Shown here one piece after another: positions 26,561 through 39,300 of a stretch of 64,000 bases of DNA. This stretch comes from Marsupella aquatica. Lineage: Eukaryota; Plantae; Marchantiophyta. The position numbers were made by a program, and so were the translations under genes. Under the pieces are notes generated by a model. The model was given only the letters and a program-made list of their open reading frames with translations, ran no database searches and was not told the origin of the DNA. Positions within the stretch are counted from its first letter, which is position 1. The number at the start of each line of letters is the position of its first letter. The DNA lies in the NCBI GenBank assembly GCA_973895155.1, contig OZ316898.1:4340480-4404479 (forward strand). Direction: 5' to 3'.

Positions 26561-28377
26561 TGGGCGAAAGCGAGCGAAGCAAAAGCAGTCGATGAACGAC
26601 CAATATGTTTAGAAATTAGTGAGGGGAGGGAGGATTCGAGATTTGCCGACCGATAAGATCGGAGAAGAACGAGCAAGGACCTCGCTCATCATTCGCTCTC
26701 TCGTGCAGATTGAGGGTGCTCGGCTCTGCCCTGCGTCCGTGCTGCCTGCTGCGTGGAGCATTTCAATGAAAAGGATTCATTGAATTCTGCCTCAATGGAG
26801 CACAGAAGTCCGAGCACTGTAGAAAGTCTGACTGCGTGACGGTGATGGACAGCAGAGGAGGAAGGCGAGGAACGCGAGGGAGGGGCATGAAGCAAAAGGT
26901 AGAGTAGTACCCACCGAAAATAACGGAGGGGAGAGAGAACTAGAGCAAAGAGTGCGGAAAGATGCAAAACAAACGAAGCGGAGGAGGGGGAGTAGTTAGT
27001 GTAGGAGGGGGAGGAGAAGGAGAGGTGGAGGTGAACTAAAAAGGGAGAGGTTGGTGTAAACCAGCGAGAGAGAGAGAGAGGGAGTCAAGTTGTTATTATT
27101 AATGAGGTGGGGTTGTTGGTTGGGCAGCTCGGGATGCACGAGTGGGGTTGCCCGGTTGGAGTAGTAGCAGCAGGAGGGAACAGCAGGGGGGAGGAGGGGG
27201 GAGGAGGGGGCGCGGTAAGTGTCCAAATTGATTGATGTGTGTGAGAGAAGAGGACGAAGGGGGAGGCTGTGCAGAATGCTCCCTGGAACCCTGTCTGTCA
27301 AGCTTTTCTCTGTAGCGCTTCATCCGTTTTCCCTGAACTCCTGAAGTTCTGGGTAGCTAAGCTAGCTGGAAGGTGAAGGAGACACAGCCAGCCCAGATTC
27401 CTTTCGTTTGGCCCACAGAGCTCAGCTTAGCTCAGCGTAGCGCAGCTGAGCTCCCCAAGAGGCCTGGTGGGGGCTTTCGTGATGAGGGAAAGGCTGGGTT
27501 ACTAGATGATAATTACCCATCTGCAGGTGTCATCAGTTGTGGGGAAGGCTCAACAGCAGGACTGTTGCATGCTTTGAAAGAGATGACTCCTGCCACGAAG
27601 CTGAGGAGCTGAGGAAACACTGCCGGTGTGTGTCTTTGTGTACAGATTCGCTGGGAGCCATCCGAAGATGACTGATCGATTGAAAGCTATGGACTAAAGC
27701 TCTCTAGCATCAGCAGCAGGAGGGGGGAGTGAGATTGGTAGGCAGGTGATCGCTTGGGCTGATCAGCAGCCGAGCTCAGTGGACGAGTAGCGTAGTGGGC
27801 ATGTACAGATTTTTGGACAAAGTTGAAAAATGATGGGCCCAGAGGAGTCTGAGAATCCTGGTGGGTAGAAGGGTTGCATCCCAACCACACTTCCAGTCTC
27901 AGAGCTTAATGTTTCATATGTGGGTCATGTTGGTTCGGCGGCAGAATGATGCCAAGCAAGGAGATGTGACGAAAGCGTCCATGCGCAGATCTGTGTCATC
28001 CCTTTCTTTCTTTCTTCCTCTCACCAGCAAGCAGTCCGGAGGTCGAGGAGATCGACCCAAGTTTTCCCACTAACGAAGATATCTGGTCTTGTGTCAGGTT
28101 GGGATCCATCTCTGGCGATGAATCGGAGCAGCAAGGCAGGAGCGAATAACCTACCACCGACAGGGGCCAAGAAAGCAGCTAGGTTTCGGTCAAAGGATGT
28201 AGTTTACAGAGCAGGTTAACACTGGGGCGAATGATGGATGGCCACCACAGGATTAGGGACGGAGATAGGAAGGTTAGGGGAAGATCTGAGATAGTTCAGT
28301 AGAGTGACCCAACAGCGTAGTTGGTGGTTCTAGTGGCTGTCAGGGTGGAAGTACATTCATTCGTTGGGTTTTCGACG

Positions 28378-31300
28378 ATGAGGAGTTTACGGACAGCAGA
28401 GGGATTCAAGAGTAGTAGCCAAGTCCATGCAGCAGCTGTGACCACTTCTCTGGAATCGGGATTATCTATGGGAGCTGGAAATGGCAAGCATTATCGAACG
28501 CCGTCCTACTACGAACCTTCTCCTCCTCCTTCGACCAGGTTGGTTTCGACCTCTCAGGCCTCTTCTCCTCTTCTGCAAGCTATGCTCAGTTCATTCTGAA
28601 ATACAGACCTCTTTGGTGTCTTGGTAATGTTTTTGCTAGAGCGGTCTTTTCACATTTTTTAAGCGTATTTTGCGAACATGTCACATCCAGAGGAAAGTTT
28701 GGTGTGTAGATGTAGTCGTTGTCCCGGCGATCAAGTAGTGATTTTATCCCCGCGTTGTGAAGTTCTATGATGGTTTTTTTTCCCTCCCATTTTTACCGAA
28801 CTGCCGTGGTGGTGGGTGAGTATGCAGCTCCACCGTAGCTCAGCTGGCGGATCCGCCTCTGAAACCGTATTTCAAGCCTGTGGATTATGTCCAATCCCTG
28901 GCCGAAATTCACGAGGAGCTGGAGCTTGCAGCAGAGGGGGAGAAGGCACGGCTGTTCATGGAGCAATCGTTCGTTTTCCGGGGCTTGGGCGAAAGCAAAA
29001 TGCTGCGCCGGAGCCTGCGTTCCGCCCGGCAGCATGCAGCCACGGTGCATGGCAAGCTCGTGTTTGCTGCCTGGCTCAAGTATGAGAAGAGAGCCGAAGA
29101 GCTGCACAACGGATCGCCCACCAGCTGCTCTGGGCGGACGCTGGAGTGCCCCAGATCCGCATTGGTCCCTGGATTCGCACCCAAATCGTCAGTGGAGGTC
29201 TGCTCTTGCTCCCTCAGAACATCAGCAGGCTCAGATGACCCATCTATACTAGAAGAATGCTCCACTTCTGGCTCCACCGCAACCAGCAGCAACAACGATG
29301 TAGTTTTTATTATCGATGATGACAGGGTGTATTGCCACAGGCAAAGCATCTCATCCCTCTCTGGCCCTTTCCATGCCATGCTCAACGGGTGCTTCACAGA
29401 GTCTCGGGCCAGTGAGATAAAGTTTTCCGACAATGGGATCACCGCAGAGGGCATGATGGCGGTCGATGAGTTCAGCAAATTTGGAAGGCTGGGGCCTTAC
29501 GCGTCTCCGGACTTGATCCTCGAAATTTTAGCGTTTGCCAACAGGTTTTGCTGTGAGCAATTAAAGGATGCCTGTGATAGACGGTTGGCCGCATTGGTTT
29601 ACAGCACCCAAGATGCCGTGACTTACCTCGACGATGCCCTTGAAGAGAATGCCACATGGCTTGTGGCTTCCAGTTTGCAAGTGTTCCTGAGAGAGCTCCC
29701 GGGATCCTTGCACAATGCGCAAATAGGCTCGTTGCTCTTCGGAGCTGAGGGAAGAAAGAGATTGATGGCCGTGGGCCATTCCTCCTTTGCATTCTATTCA
29801 CTCCTCAGTCAGGTAGCGATGGAGGAGGACATAAAGTCGGATCTTTCCGTTGTGCTGCTAGAGCGGACTGCAGAATGTTCTGTCTCCTCCCGGCAAAAGG
29901 CATTAGCACTCCACCAGCTTGGATGTGTAATGCTTGCCAGGAAGCAATACAGCGAAGCACAGGATTATTTCTCCGGAGCACTTGGTGCTGGCCATGTTTA
30001 TTCCCGGGCTGGGGTTGCCAGAGCCAAGTTCAAAAGTGAGCATAGGGTAGCAGCTTATGCTGAGGCCTCTACCCTCCTCTCTATTGAGAGACCTGCAGGA
30101 TGGGCTTACCAAGAGATGGCTTTGTACTGCGCGGGCAAGGAGAAGCTTGGATTCTTGGAGACTGCCACAGAGCTTGACCCAACCCTGCTATATCCATATA
30201 AGTATAGGGCGGCAGCTTTGATGGATGAACAGAAGGTTCACTTAGCCATTGTAGAAATCAACCGTGTTTTGGGTTTTAAGGTTACTCCTGATTGCTTAGA
30301 GTTGCGAGCATACTTCTGCCTTGCTCTCCAAGATTACCAAGGAGCCACTAGGGATGTGAGAGCATTGCTGACGCTTGATCCTAACTACATGATGTATTCT
30401 GGGCGTGTTCAAGCATCGCAATTGCTGGGGTTGCTGAGCCAGCATGTTGATCAATGGACGAAAGCTGATTGCTGGATGCAACTGTATGATCACTGGTCAT
30501 CTGTGGATGACATTGGATCGCTTGCCGTGGTCCACCAAATGCTAGAGTCCGATCCTGGGAAGGGGTTACTGTTTTTTCGACAATCATTGCTACTGCTCAG
30601 GTGAGGCAAATGGCACAATACTGATACATATTTGTAACTAGTTACAATAGCCGGGTTCCATTTGACAAGTGTTTATGTGACAAGTGTGGATAATTTGGTG
30701 TACAAGAACTTCCGGACGTTATCACCATAGTGTGGGCGCTTCTTGCCCACCCATTTTTGTCTTTGTTGATTTCAACGATGATCTGGTGACGAAATGGTAA
30801 ATCTTCCTCTCAACAGTCAAGATGGACGAATTGGTCTGAAGGGTTTCTGCTAATTGTTTTTGGTGCCATGCAGATTGAATTGTCCAAAAGCAGCCATGCG
30901 TAGCTTGAGATTGGCTCGGGAGCATGCAAGTAGTGAACATGAAAGGTTGGTCTATGAAGGTTGGATACTCTATGACACAGGACATAGGGAAGAGGCACTG
31001 CACAAAGCCGAGTCATCCATAGCCATACAGCGATCCTTTGAGGCTTTCTTCTTGAAAGCATATGCTTTGGCAGATACGAGCTTGGACCCTGGATCATCAG
31101 CCAAGGTTGTCGAGCTGCTGGAGGAAGCACTGAAGTGTCCTTCGGACGGACTTAGGAAGGGACAGGTAATTGTGCATTCCTTCTATGCATTCCTTCTATG
31201 CATTCAGCCTTGTCCTACTCAAGGTCTATGATCACAAACCAAAATTTTAAAACTCTCAGATGTTTATTTGATGTTTCAATCTCTGCAATGTCATGAAGTT

Positions 31301-32951
31301 CCTTCCTGATGGAAATGATGCTTAAGACTGCACGACAAGAGGCTAAGTCAACGTCTAAGCTTCTGTGCTTCTAACACTGAATTTGGTAATCAATTTAGAT
31401 TCGCTGTTCGGCCCTAAGAGTCTCTAATCAATGTGCAGGCACTGAACAACCTGGGTAGCGTATACGTGGACTGCCGTGAACTCAAGCTTGCTGCAGACCG
31501 ATACGTAAGTGCCCTCAAAATTCGTCATACCAGAGCTCATCAGGGATTGGCTCGTGTTCACCACCTGCAAGGGGACAGGAAATCTGCTCATGAGGAGATG
31601 ACGAAGCTTATAGACAAAGCTCGTAGCAATGCATCTGCCTATGAAAAGAGGTCCGAGTATGGGGAGCGAGACATGACAATGGCAGACCTCACCAGAGTCA
31701 CACAATTGGATCCTCTCCGAACGTATCCTTATCGATACCGAGCTGCAGGCAAATGAACAGAACTCTTATCCCCAATTTACTGTTGTCTCAAATGTTCATG
31801 ATATGTGCTTGTGTGTACTCTATATGGAATGCATGTAACAGTGAATGTCGCTTTGAGTAAAGACTATTCGTTCAGACATTTCACACTAAATTGACATACG
31901 AAACCTTGTTGAGTGTTGAAAGATTTGAGTCAGCTAAGACTTTCAAAATTGTGTCACTGGTAGTGATGGAGGTACGCTTGGCATTTGATAGTCGGTCGGA
32001 ATGGACAAGAGATGATTCTAATGATTCTCTTTTCTACACCCCCGAAATCAGAAATGATTTTAATGATGCTTCTTTTCTCACACTAAAATGATATAGGAAA
32101 GCTTGTTGAGAGGTGAAAATTTTGAGTCAGCTAAGACTTTCAAAATTTTGTCACTGGTAGTGATGTTGCCGTGCTTGCCATTTGATAGTCGGTCGGAATG
32201 GAAGGTTCTGGACAAGAGATGATTCTAATGATTCTTTTTTCTACACCCCCGAAATCAGAAAGGGAACCTTAGACCATAGCGTCCTTTTACTAACTTGCCG
32301 CTTTTCGGTGGTACCACTTGCCTTGTGGGCGAGCGATGTGCCACAATGATGGACTATGCTTATTAGTTTCCTGTTGGTCTTAATCTAAAGTTTTCTTGGA
32401 GTTGGAGATTGGGTTCAGAGAAGCTCCCGTAATTGTGTGACTTTCCTGCTGCAGTCATGTTGGTTTGAGGCCTCTTGTACTGGTTTTCTTTATGCATATA
32501 CTCTTGCTTGCTGTTCGGTGGTGGCTTCTATTTGAAGCTCTATGATTGATTTGCTATGTATCTCCGCTCGCTGCCAACCCTAATTTGGTCTGTTATTAAG
32601 AGTGTGACACGAAGGTTATCTTTTAATTATAAATATATAAAATATCTGGGAATTTGCTACTCCTCTCTTGCTCTGAATAGGTTTAACGGAAGACTCATCG
32701 TATTGTGTTGATCATTTTGATGCGCAGTATTGATGGACGGCCGCCTAGAGAAAGAAGCAATATCTGAACTGTCAAAGGCTATTGCTTTCAAAGCGGACCT
32801 GCAGGTTCTTCACTTGCGTGCAGCCTTCCATGAGTGCATTGGTGATCTTCAAGCTAGTCTTCGGGACTGCCGAGCTGTCTTGTCTATGGATCCAAATCAC
32901 CAGGATACATTGGAGTTGCACAATAGGGTGCATGGTAGAGAGGCTTATTAG
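28378..32951 (+). CDS. ETO1: ETHYLENE OVERPRODUCER 1 / ETO1-like BTB-TPR CUL3 substrate adaptor
   Basis: Exons 28378-28538, 28828-30600, 30874-31165, 31439-31748, 32728-32951, all phases consistent. N-terminus MRSLRTAEG...QVHA, KPVDYVQSLA, BTB (LSGPFHAMLNGCFTES...FANRFCCE), ELDPTLLYPYKYRA, WSSVDDIGSLAVVHQML, RLNCPKAAMRSLR, KCPSDGLRKGQALNNLGSVYVDC and LDPLRTYPYRYRAAVLMD are diagnostic of ETO1/EOL proteins. Confidence 0.97.
31880..32260. repeat. ~195-bp tandem duplication in ETO1 intron 4
   Basis: TTTGAGTCAGCTAAGACTTTCAAAATT.TGTCACTGGTAGTGATG ... GACAAGAGATGATTCTAATGATTCT ... CGAAATCAGAAA occurs twice. Confidence 0.9.
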
Positions 32952-34428
32952 TGTCCCTTTTCTCTCTTGAGCAAACAGGTGGACCAAACTTGGTCCTGGA
33001 GCATCTGCCTTTACAAACGGCTTAGCTAAGGACCAAGTTTGTTCCATTCGGATTTTGCCCTTCGTTTCCTCTGTCCGAGCTTCAAAATGCTGCTTGCATT
33101 TTCGTCTCTGTATCATTCATTGGAAAGCGTCTGCATTCTTTATCGTCGTCAAGCAGTGATATCTCAACTATCACATGAGCCTTTGTCATATTTCATGGTG
33201 CACTTTTGTCTGCACTTAAAGAGAGATTCGGGGCGAGGCAATTATTTCAGTTGCCAGTCACTGCCTGTACAGATACCTCTTGGATAGACCGCTATCGTTC
33301 TCTCCAGCTTGGTAGTGACAACTCTTGTAAGAGGAATGGAGTAATAACAATTTCTGGGTCATTTAGGTGTAGTTGGTACTAAAAAAACTATTCAGGATTG
33401 AGCTGATCATTGAGTACCTGCTGAAGCTTGAAAGTTTGGATCCTATAGACGCTAACAGTGTTGTTCATCCTGTGTACTTGTTGAGAGTGATATTCTGTCC
33501 TTGAAGGGGATGGGTCTCTCTAGCAGTAACAAGCATCTAAATGAGGGTGGCACATATCTCAAGAGGATTTGTGTCAGGGTTGTGTGCCCAATTTTTACGT
33601 ATCTATTGCTTAAGGGATACAGAGGCATCAATGGATGTGATCTTAAATGAAATGGGTTTCTTAACCCTAACGACATGCGGATGTTTGAGGCAACATGGAT
33701 GCATATCAACTCAGTATTGTGTCTCTCCCAAATACTTCCTGCCTTTGATTGTTTGGATTAGTGTTGCATTCCAAAAACCACATGTCGTCTTATTGAGTCT
33801 GTCCATCTCGTTCCCCAATGGTTCTTCTTGGGTGCATTTTTTCACTGCCTTGAACGTCTTCCCCGTGTACTTTACTACTATACCAGTCTTCTTGATCTAT
33901 GCTGGATATCAGTGAGCTTTCTTCATTCCGTCAAAAGTGTGCCACGTATGCAGGAAGATCACACGGAAATTACAAGTTCATCATCGTTGACAAGTGTGGG
34001 AAAATCCTCTGGGTGCACTGTTTACATATGGCGGGTCTAAGTGCCTGATTCTGCGGCTTGAGCTACTTGTGGTGTGATCTCCGCCACCTATGAGGCAGAT
34101 CATGAGATAAGGTTACACTTGTGGTTTTTACAGGCAGGCAAGATCAGAATAGTATCACTGCAAATCTGTACTACTGCGAAGGAAAGGAACCTTGGTGCCA
34201 GTGACGCCGAGGATTTGATACTTGCGACTTGACAGTGAACAATTCTTTTACTCCTGCATTCACTTCATTTTTGCCCATGCGTTCAGTACAATACTAGATG
34301 TAGGCTTGTGGAAGTTGAACGACAGAGATCCGGAGGGTACAGGCTTGCACTTCCTTCAACAAACTGTGAATATGAATTGCGCTCAGGTTCAACGTTGAGT
34401 ACAAATCTCACGAAGCGATAATTTGCAG

Positions 34429-34640
34429 TACCGTCCTCCCCTAAACTCAGCTACACGGTGTTGCGTTCGAAAGTGGGAAAAATTTGACTAAAACAGACAT
34501 AACTTGAACACAAGGTTTATTTAAGACAACTCCCGGTGCAATACCGTTGTACCCCAATCTCATCGCCAAAGTGTTCTGTTTGAAAGTGGGAAAAAATTTA
34601 CTAAGATGTTTGAACTTGAACACAGTTTACTTAACACAAC
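34429..34640 (+). mobile_element. Two tandem degenerate TIR fragments related to the 61821-62853 element
   Basis: TACCGTCCTCCCCTAAACTCAG...TGTTGCGTTCGAAAGTGGGAAAA occurs twice; resembles TACTGTCTTCCCCCAAACACAG...TGTGTTCGAA. Confidence 0.45.
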
Positions 34641-35164
34641 CCTCCTGTGCGGTTTAGGTGAATTTGACACTGTGTTCGAAGTTTTACTCGTGTTCGAGTT
34701 TCCGCCCTAACCTGCTCAACATTGAGCACAACAGGTACAAAACTTAATCATCTAACTCCAAACTTTGAGCATCATTGTTGCAGGCAGATGGAGACAGGGT
34801 TCGTGATCGATTGAGGGTCCGTGCTAGCGTATCTACACTTCAATCCCAGTAGAAGCTCTTCCCGCAGCGTTTGCTGTACAAGGACTTGGAGCCAATTAAA
34901 CAGAAAAGTTGTCCACAGCACCAAATCTTCTGCCGCAATGCTCATAACAACTTTTGGAGCAATGTTGCATCGGAAGAAAGCCGAGGTGTACTCAATTCAA
35001 ATGCTACCCTACAGGGCTCACAAGCCCTTCGAACACACCCAGCTAAGAAGCTAGACCACGGCTCTCTAAAACAAGTCAGTTCCAGTGTTGCTAACAAGGG
35101 ACTAGGGTAGTTCAGAGCTGACTTGGGGAACATATTCCAGGGAGAGACCGACTTGAATCGGCTG

Positions 35165-35645
35165 CTATACTCCCACTTTACAAGTCCTCCATGATCTTGA
35201 CACTGCCTTGACTACCCATTCTACACTCCCACTTTACAAGCCCTCTATGAGCTTGACACCCATTCTACACTCCCACTTTATAAGTCCTCTATGATCTTGA
35301 CACTAGCCTTGACTATTCTTTCCTTGAAAGGAAAGAGAGATGAGGACAAAAAAGTACATTGCACGAAAAAGATTCCTGGCTATTTGGGTTCATTTTTTTG
35401 AGATGAGGACAACAAAGTACATGGCACAAAAAAGATTCCTGGCTGTTTAGGTTCATTTTTCCCACTGTTGTTTTGTGAATTATTTTTCCCAGTGTGTTCT
35501 GCGAATTAGAGTAGAGTCACTCTCTAGAAGCTTCACTCTACTCTAGAATGTAGGCCTTAAAAGTACCTTTCCAATGTCTTTTGTGAATTAGAGTAGAGTT
35601 ACGGGCTAGAGGCTTCACTTTAGACCATAAGCCTTAAAAGTAGCT
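35165..35645. repeat. Cluster of short tandem duplications
   Basis: ACTCCCACTTTA(C/T)AAG.CCTC.ATGA x3; GAGATGAGGACAA.AAAGTACAT...GATTCCTGGCT x2; GAATTAGAGTAGAGT...GCCTTAAAAGTA x2. Confidence 0.8.
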
Positions 35646-36294
35646 TCCGTTTGAAAATTAACATTTAGTAACATTGTCTGAAGGCTAGATCAGTTGGAAC
35701 CTCTGATTGAAGAGTAGATGAATCACACTTGGTTGAAGCTGAGCTGAAGAACTATGTTGTGAGAGCGACTTGAGTCAGCAGCTGCACGTTGATAGCAAAA
35801 TTTCTCTAGGATCTTGATAATGCAGATCATGTAAATTGGAACGTCTGACTGAGATGACTTGAGGCTTTCTAGTGATAACAGACTTGGAGACTCACAAAAG
35901 CCTCTTGTTCACAGTTTTCTGGTGATATTTGGAAGATGCACACAAAAAATGTCTTACAGGGCAAAACTCGCACTAAGCTTACACTTATCCGACCGTTCAT
36001 CAAAACTCCCCTAAATCTTAGCACTTATCTGATAGCTTGAATGGATATAAATTCACTGCTTCCAGTGAGATTGATAGTCACTAAAATGCCCCAAATGCAC
36101 TTCAAATTTTACTTAGAGTAGCCGGAATGTGTGAGTTTGGCTCATAATTAATTAAAATAATGAGCATCGTAAATAGATGATGCGTATTGTTGTGATCATG
36201 TGCCACATGCCAAATGCCTTGTAAACTGAATTTTACTAATATATGTAAATTCTGGTCGAGACAAAGGTTGCAGGTGGGTAACCACATTTACTAG

Positions 36295-36348
36295 CTCCGC
36301 CCTGCTGTTCTCGTAATCTTGGAAGATTACGAGAATAGCAGGGTGGAG
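36295..36348. repeat. 26-bp-arm palindrome with 2-nt spacer
   Basis: CTCCGCCCTGCTGTTCTCGTAATCTT-GG-AAGATTACGAGAATAGCAGGGTGGAG; 24/26 Watson-Crick pairs plus 2 G-T. Confidence 0.92.
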
Positions 36349-39300
36349 TCAATCTGGACAAAACTTCTGCACAAAAATCTGATATGTGGGCTTAGATTAT
36401 AGTCTCTAACCCTGCTATTCTTGTCACTGAAATCTACTTCACTTGAGGGCAGCCTTCAACTTTTAGAGTTGGGTGTTGGATAATTAGCCCACCATTCACT
36501 CTCTTTTGAGGAGCCCTCAAGTCATAACTGGGCGAGAGGGCCCATGAAACTGGACCCTGAAACAGTAGTTTAAGCCTGTCACCAACTTACTGAACTATGA
36601 ACTTTATGGATGTACCACATTAAGGGGCACTTTTGGCCAGAAAATCTTCTTAAGATAGACTGATGGTCAATCGTTCATGTAGTTATGATAACCCACACGG
36701 TCTTAAAAAAAACACAGACACTGGAGAAGAGAAAGCACAGATACTCCAGAATATCCTTTAATAAAAGTGGTGTTGGCCTTTTAACCATCCCAATAGAAAA
36801 TTCAGAGTGGTTGAATGGGTGGAAATAGACCAACTCCTCTATAATTCTTCTCTTTTCCTCTTTGATCATTCAGAACTTTCTTGGTGAACCCTCCCACCCT
36901 CTTAAGTGCTGGCACCACATTTTTTGGTGGGAATCCCCCAAGGCTTGGAAAAGTCAATGTATTCTGATGTCCAGGTCACTCATAACACTTTCCTTCTTAA
37001 GATACCACTTTGACCTTGCGGTCCATTGCTATGTAGCTTTTCAGGAGGCAAGCCTTCTAGAATTCGGAGGGTCACTTTTTGACCAAGAGCTTGGATGTAG
37101 CAGAAAGCTTGCATACTAAGCAGTTCATAAGTTAAGAGCTAAAAGGAGCCTTGTGGACCCCTTTCTCCCTAGCCATTCCAAAACAACAAAAGAGGAGCAA
37201 AAAGACATTGATTCTTATGGTAGGTCCTGTATTTTATTAAAGAGAAAAGACATATAGGACATAGAGCCTGAAGGTTCTGTAATCCTGTATGCTTTCCTCT
37301 AGGGCCACATGAAACTTTGGCGCTTTACATTAGATTAGACAAAATGATCTGTCACAAATAGTAGACTGCTGAGGAAGGTCCTACACGTCTTTCCTGTAGG
37401 CCACAGGAATCTTGGCAGATTACATTATTATACAAGAAAATTGATCACAAAGACTAGTCAATACTGCTGAGGTTGACACTATATTTTTACTTATATGTAG
37501 GCCAACCCAACCTTGCATTGGAGATGACAGGCCATGGAGCATTCCATGATATGTGCACACCTTAATGGTGACATGCTATCTTTGCAATCCTAGTGTGAAC
37601 AGGAATCTACATATTCAATTCAGCTCAGTTCAATGATGATTTGGGGAACATGTAGCAACATCTACCATCGTGGCATAAATGTGTCGTAAACATGCTGCCA
37701 ACCATCAAGTGCACACAATGAATTCAAAAGAAAATGCAAATGATATAACTTTACATAGTGAAATGTTGTGTACGTAACCATGTATGTAGTGGAGTCTCTT
37801 ATTGTCCCCAAGAGAGCAGCTTAAGAGGATAAGAGGTCTGAAGCACAATCAGGTAGAAACTCATGAGCATGGAGGGCAAAACATAATCCCTTTGGTACCT
37901 GTCTAAGTGTCACGAGCTCACTAGTCAGTTGTTAGACTAGTGGTGGATCTCAACTAGTCTCTTGATCTTGATGGCCAGACGAGGGTAACCCCATTATATA
38001 CACTTTTGACCCTCCACCCCTTGCACCAGCTTTGGTCCCATAGAAGCTGCCCCCAAACAAAGGCCTTAATCAGGTCCATATGACCTGTTCTTGGACATAT
38101 AAGTGGGGGTTGGAATCTTGATCTCGACTGTATCTCCTGGTCTGTGAGCAGAGTTCAGGGCCAAAAGTTATGCCCCAATATGTACTCCGGTTTAGTGGTC
38201 TAAGGATTGGCCTGTGACAGAAGTTCAGGCATGGGCCAGTCTATGCCAGGTGCATGCCAATCCAAGCATAGCACGCATGACACACTCTTGCATGGCGGGT
38301 CCCCGGAGGTGCGGTTTGGGCTCAAGTACTCAGGTGAGATGACAGTCCATGCACGGAGTACGACCAATACTCATCTTTGTGTCACTCCCTGATCCAGGTT
38401 CCAAGCATGGTCCAAGCCTTTTGTCTCTAAGGGCCAACTGACATGTGAAAAGTCTTTCAAAAAATGGTCCTTAACTTGAGTCATGTGAGTATGTGAATGA
38501 ACGAGACTTTTTGGCAGTACCCCCTCATGTGCCAGGCCTGACGGCATATTTTGTGGGGTCCCAAGGGCAAGGACCGGAAAATTTCTGGCCCTTGCAAGTC
38601 CCGACCTTTGCCTTGTGGAGAAACAAAAAAACTATACACTTGTTACAAACTCTCTCATCATTGCAAAGTACAGACCAAGATTTGTGTCAGATTGTGTGAT
38701 CATAGAAGTGCTACATTTTCACAAAAGTATCGGGAGCATAAGGGGCCGCATGATCACATGCAAGGTGGCCCTAAGGTCCTCAACTTCAGAGTGCCATAAC
38801 ATGAGATGCAGATGTCAGCTGCAGACATGCCTTGTTGTATTACCACTGGTCATGCCTAAACTATATGGTCTGCCTTAAACCACCACTGTCTACCAGGTTT
38901 GGGAGGACAAAATAAAGCACTTTTTAACTGTTTTGAGCCCATTTTTGATTTGTTTTAGTAACCTGAATTTGCTTCGGGGACAGTGGTGCTTTAAGATCAA
39001 CTTCTTGAGATGGCAACTTCACATGCCTTGCTTCCTTGGGTAGATGAATAATATCATTGTGCCCAAGGGCAAAAAATGCCGAACCGGGAGACATGATCCC
39101 AATGGCAAAGCAACCCAATGAAGGGAAGGAAAAGAGGGGAAAGGGCCCAAGGAAAAACAAGCCAAGGGGACCCCAAGCAACAGCCAACAAAGAAGCCAGG
39201 GCCAAAAACAAGGCCAAAAAAGGAACCTAAAAAGGAGCCGGGGAGGCTAACACCCTACTGAGCGGAGAACTGAAAAGCCTGGTAGAGCTCCGGAGTAAAC

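Noticed and set aside
28793-30587. Antisense and alternative-frame ORFs overlapping ETO1 exon 2
   Set aside because: Shadow ORFs of a GC-balanced coding exon.
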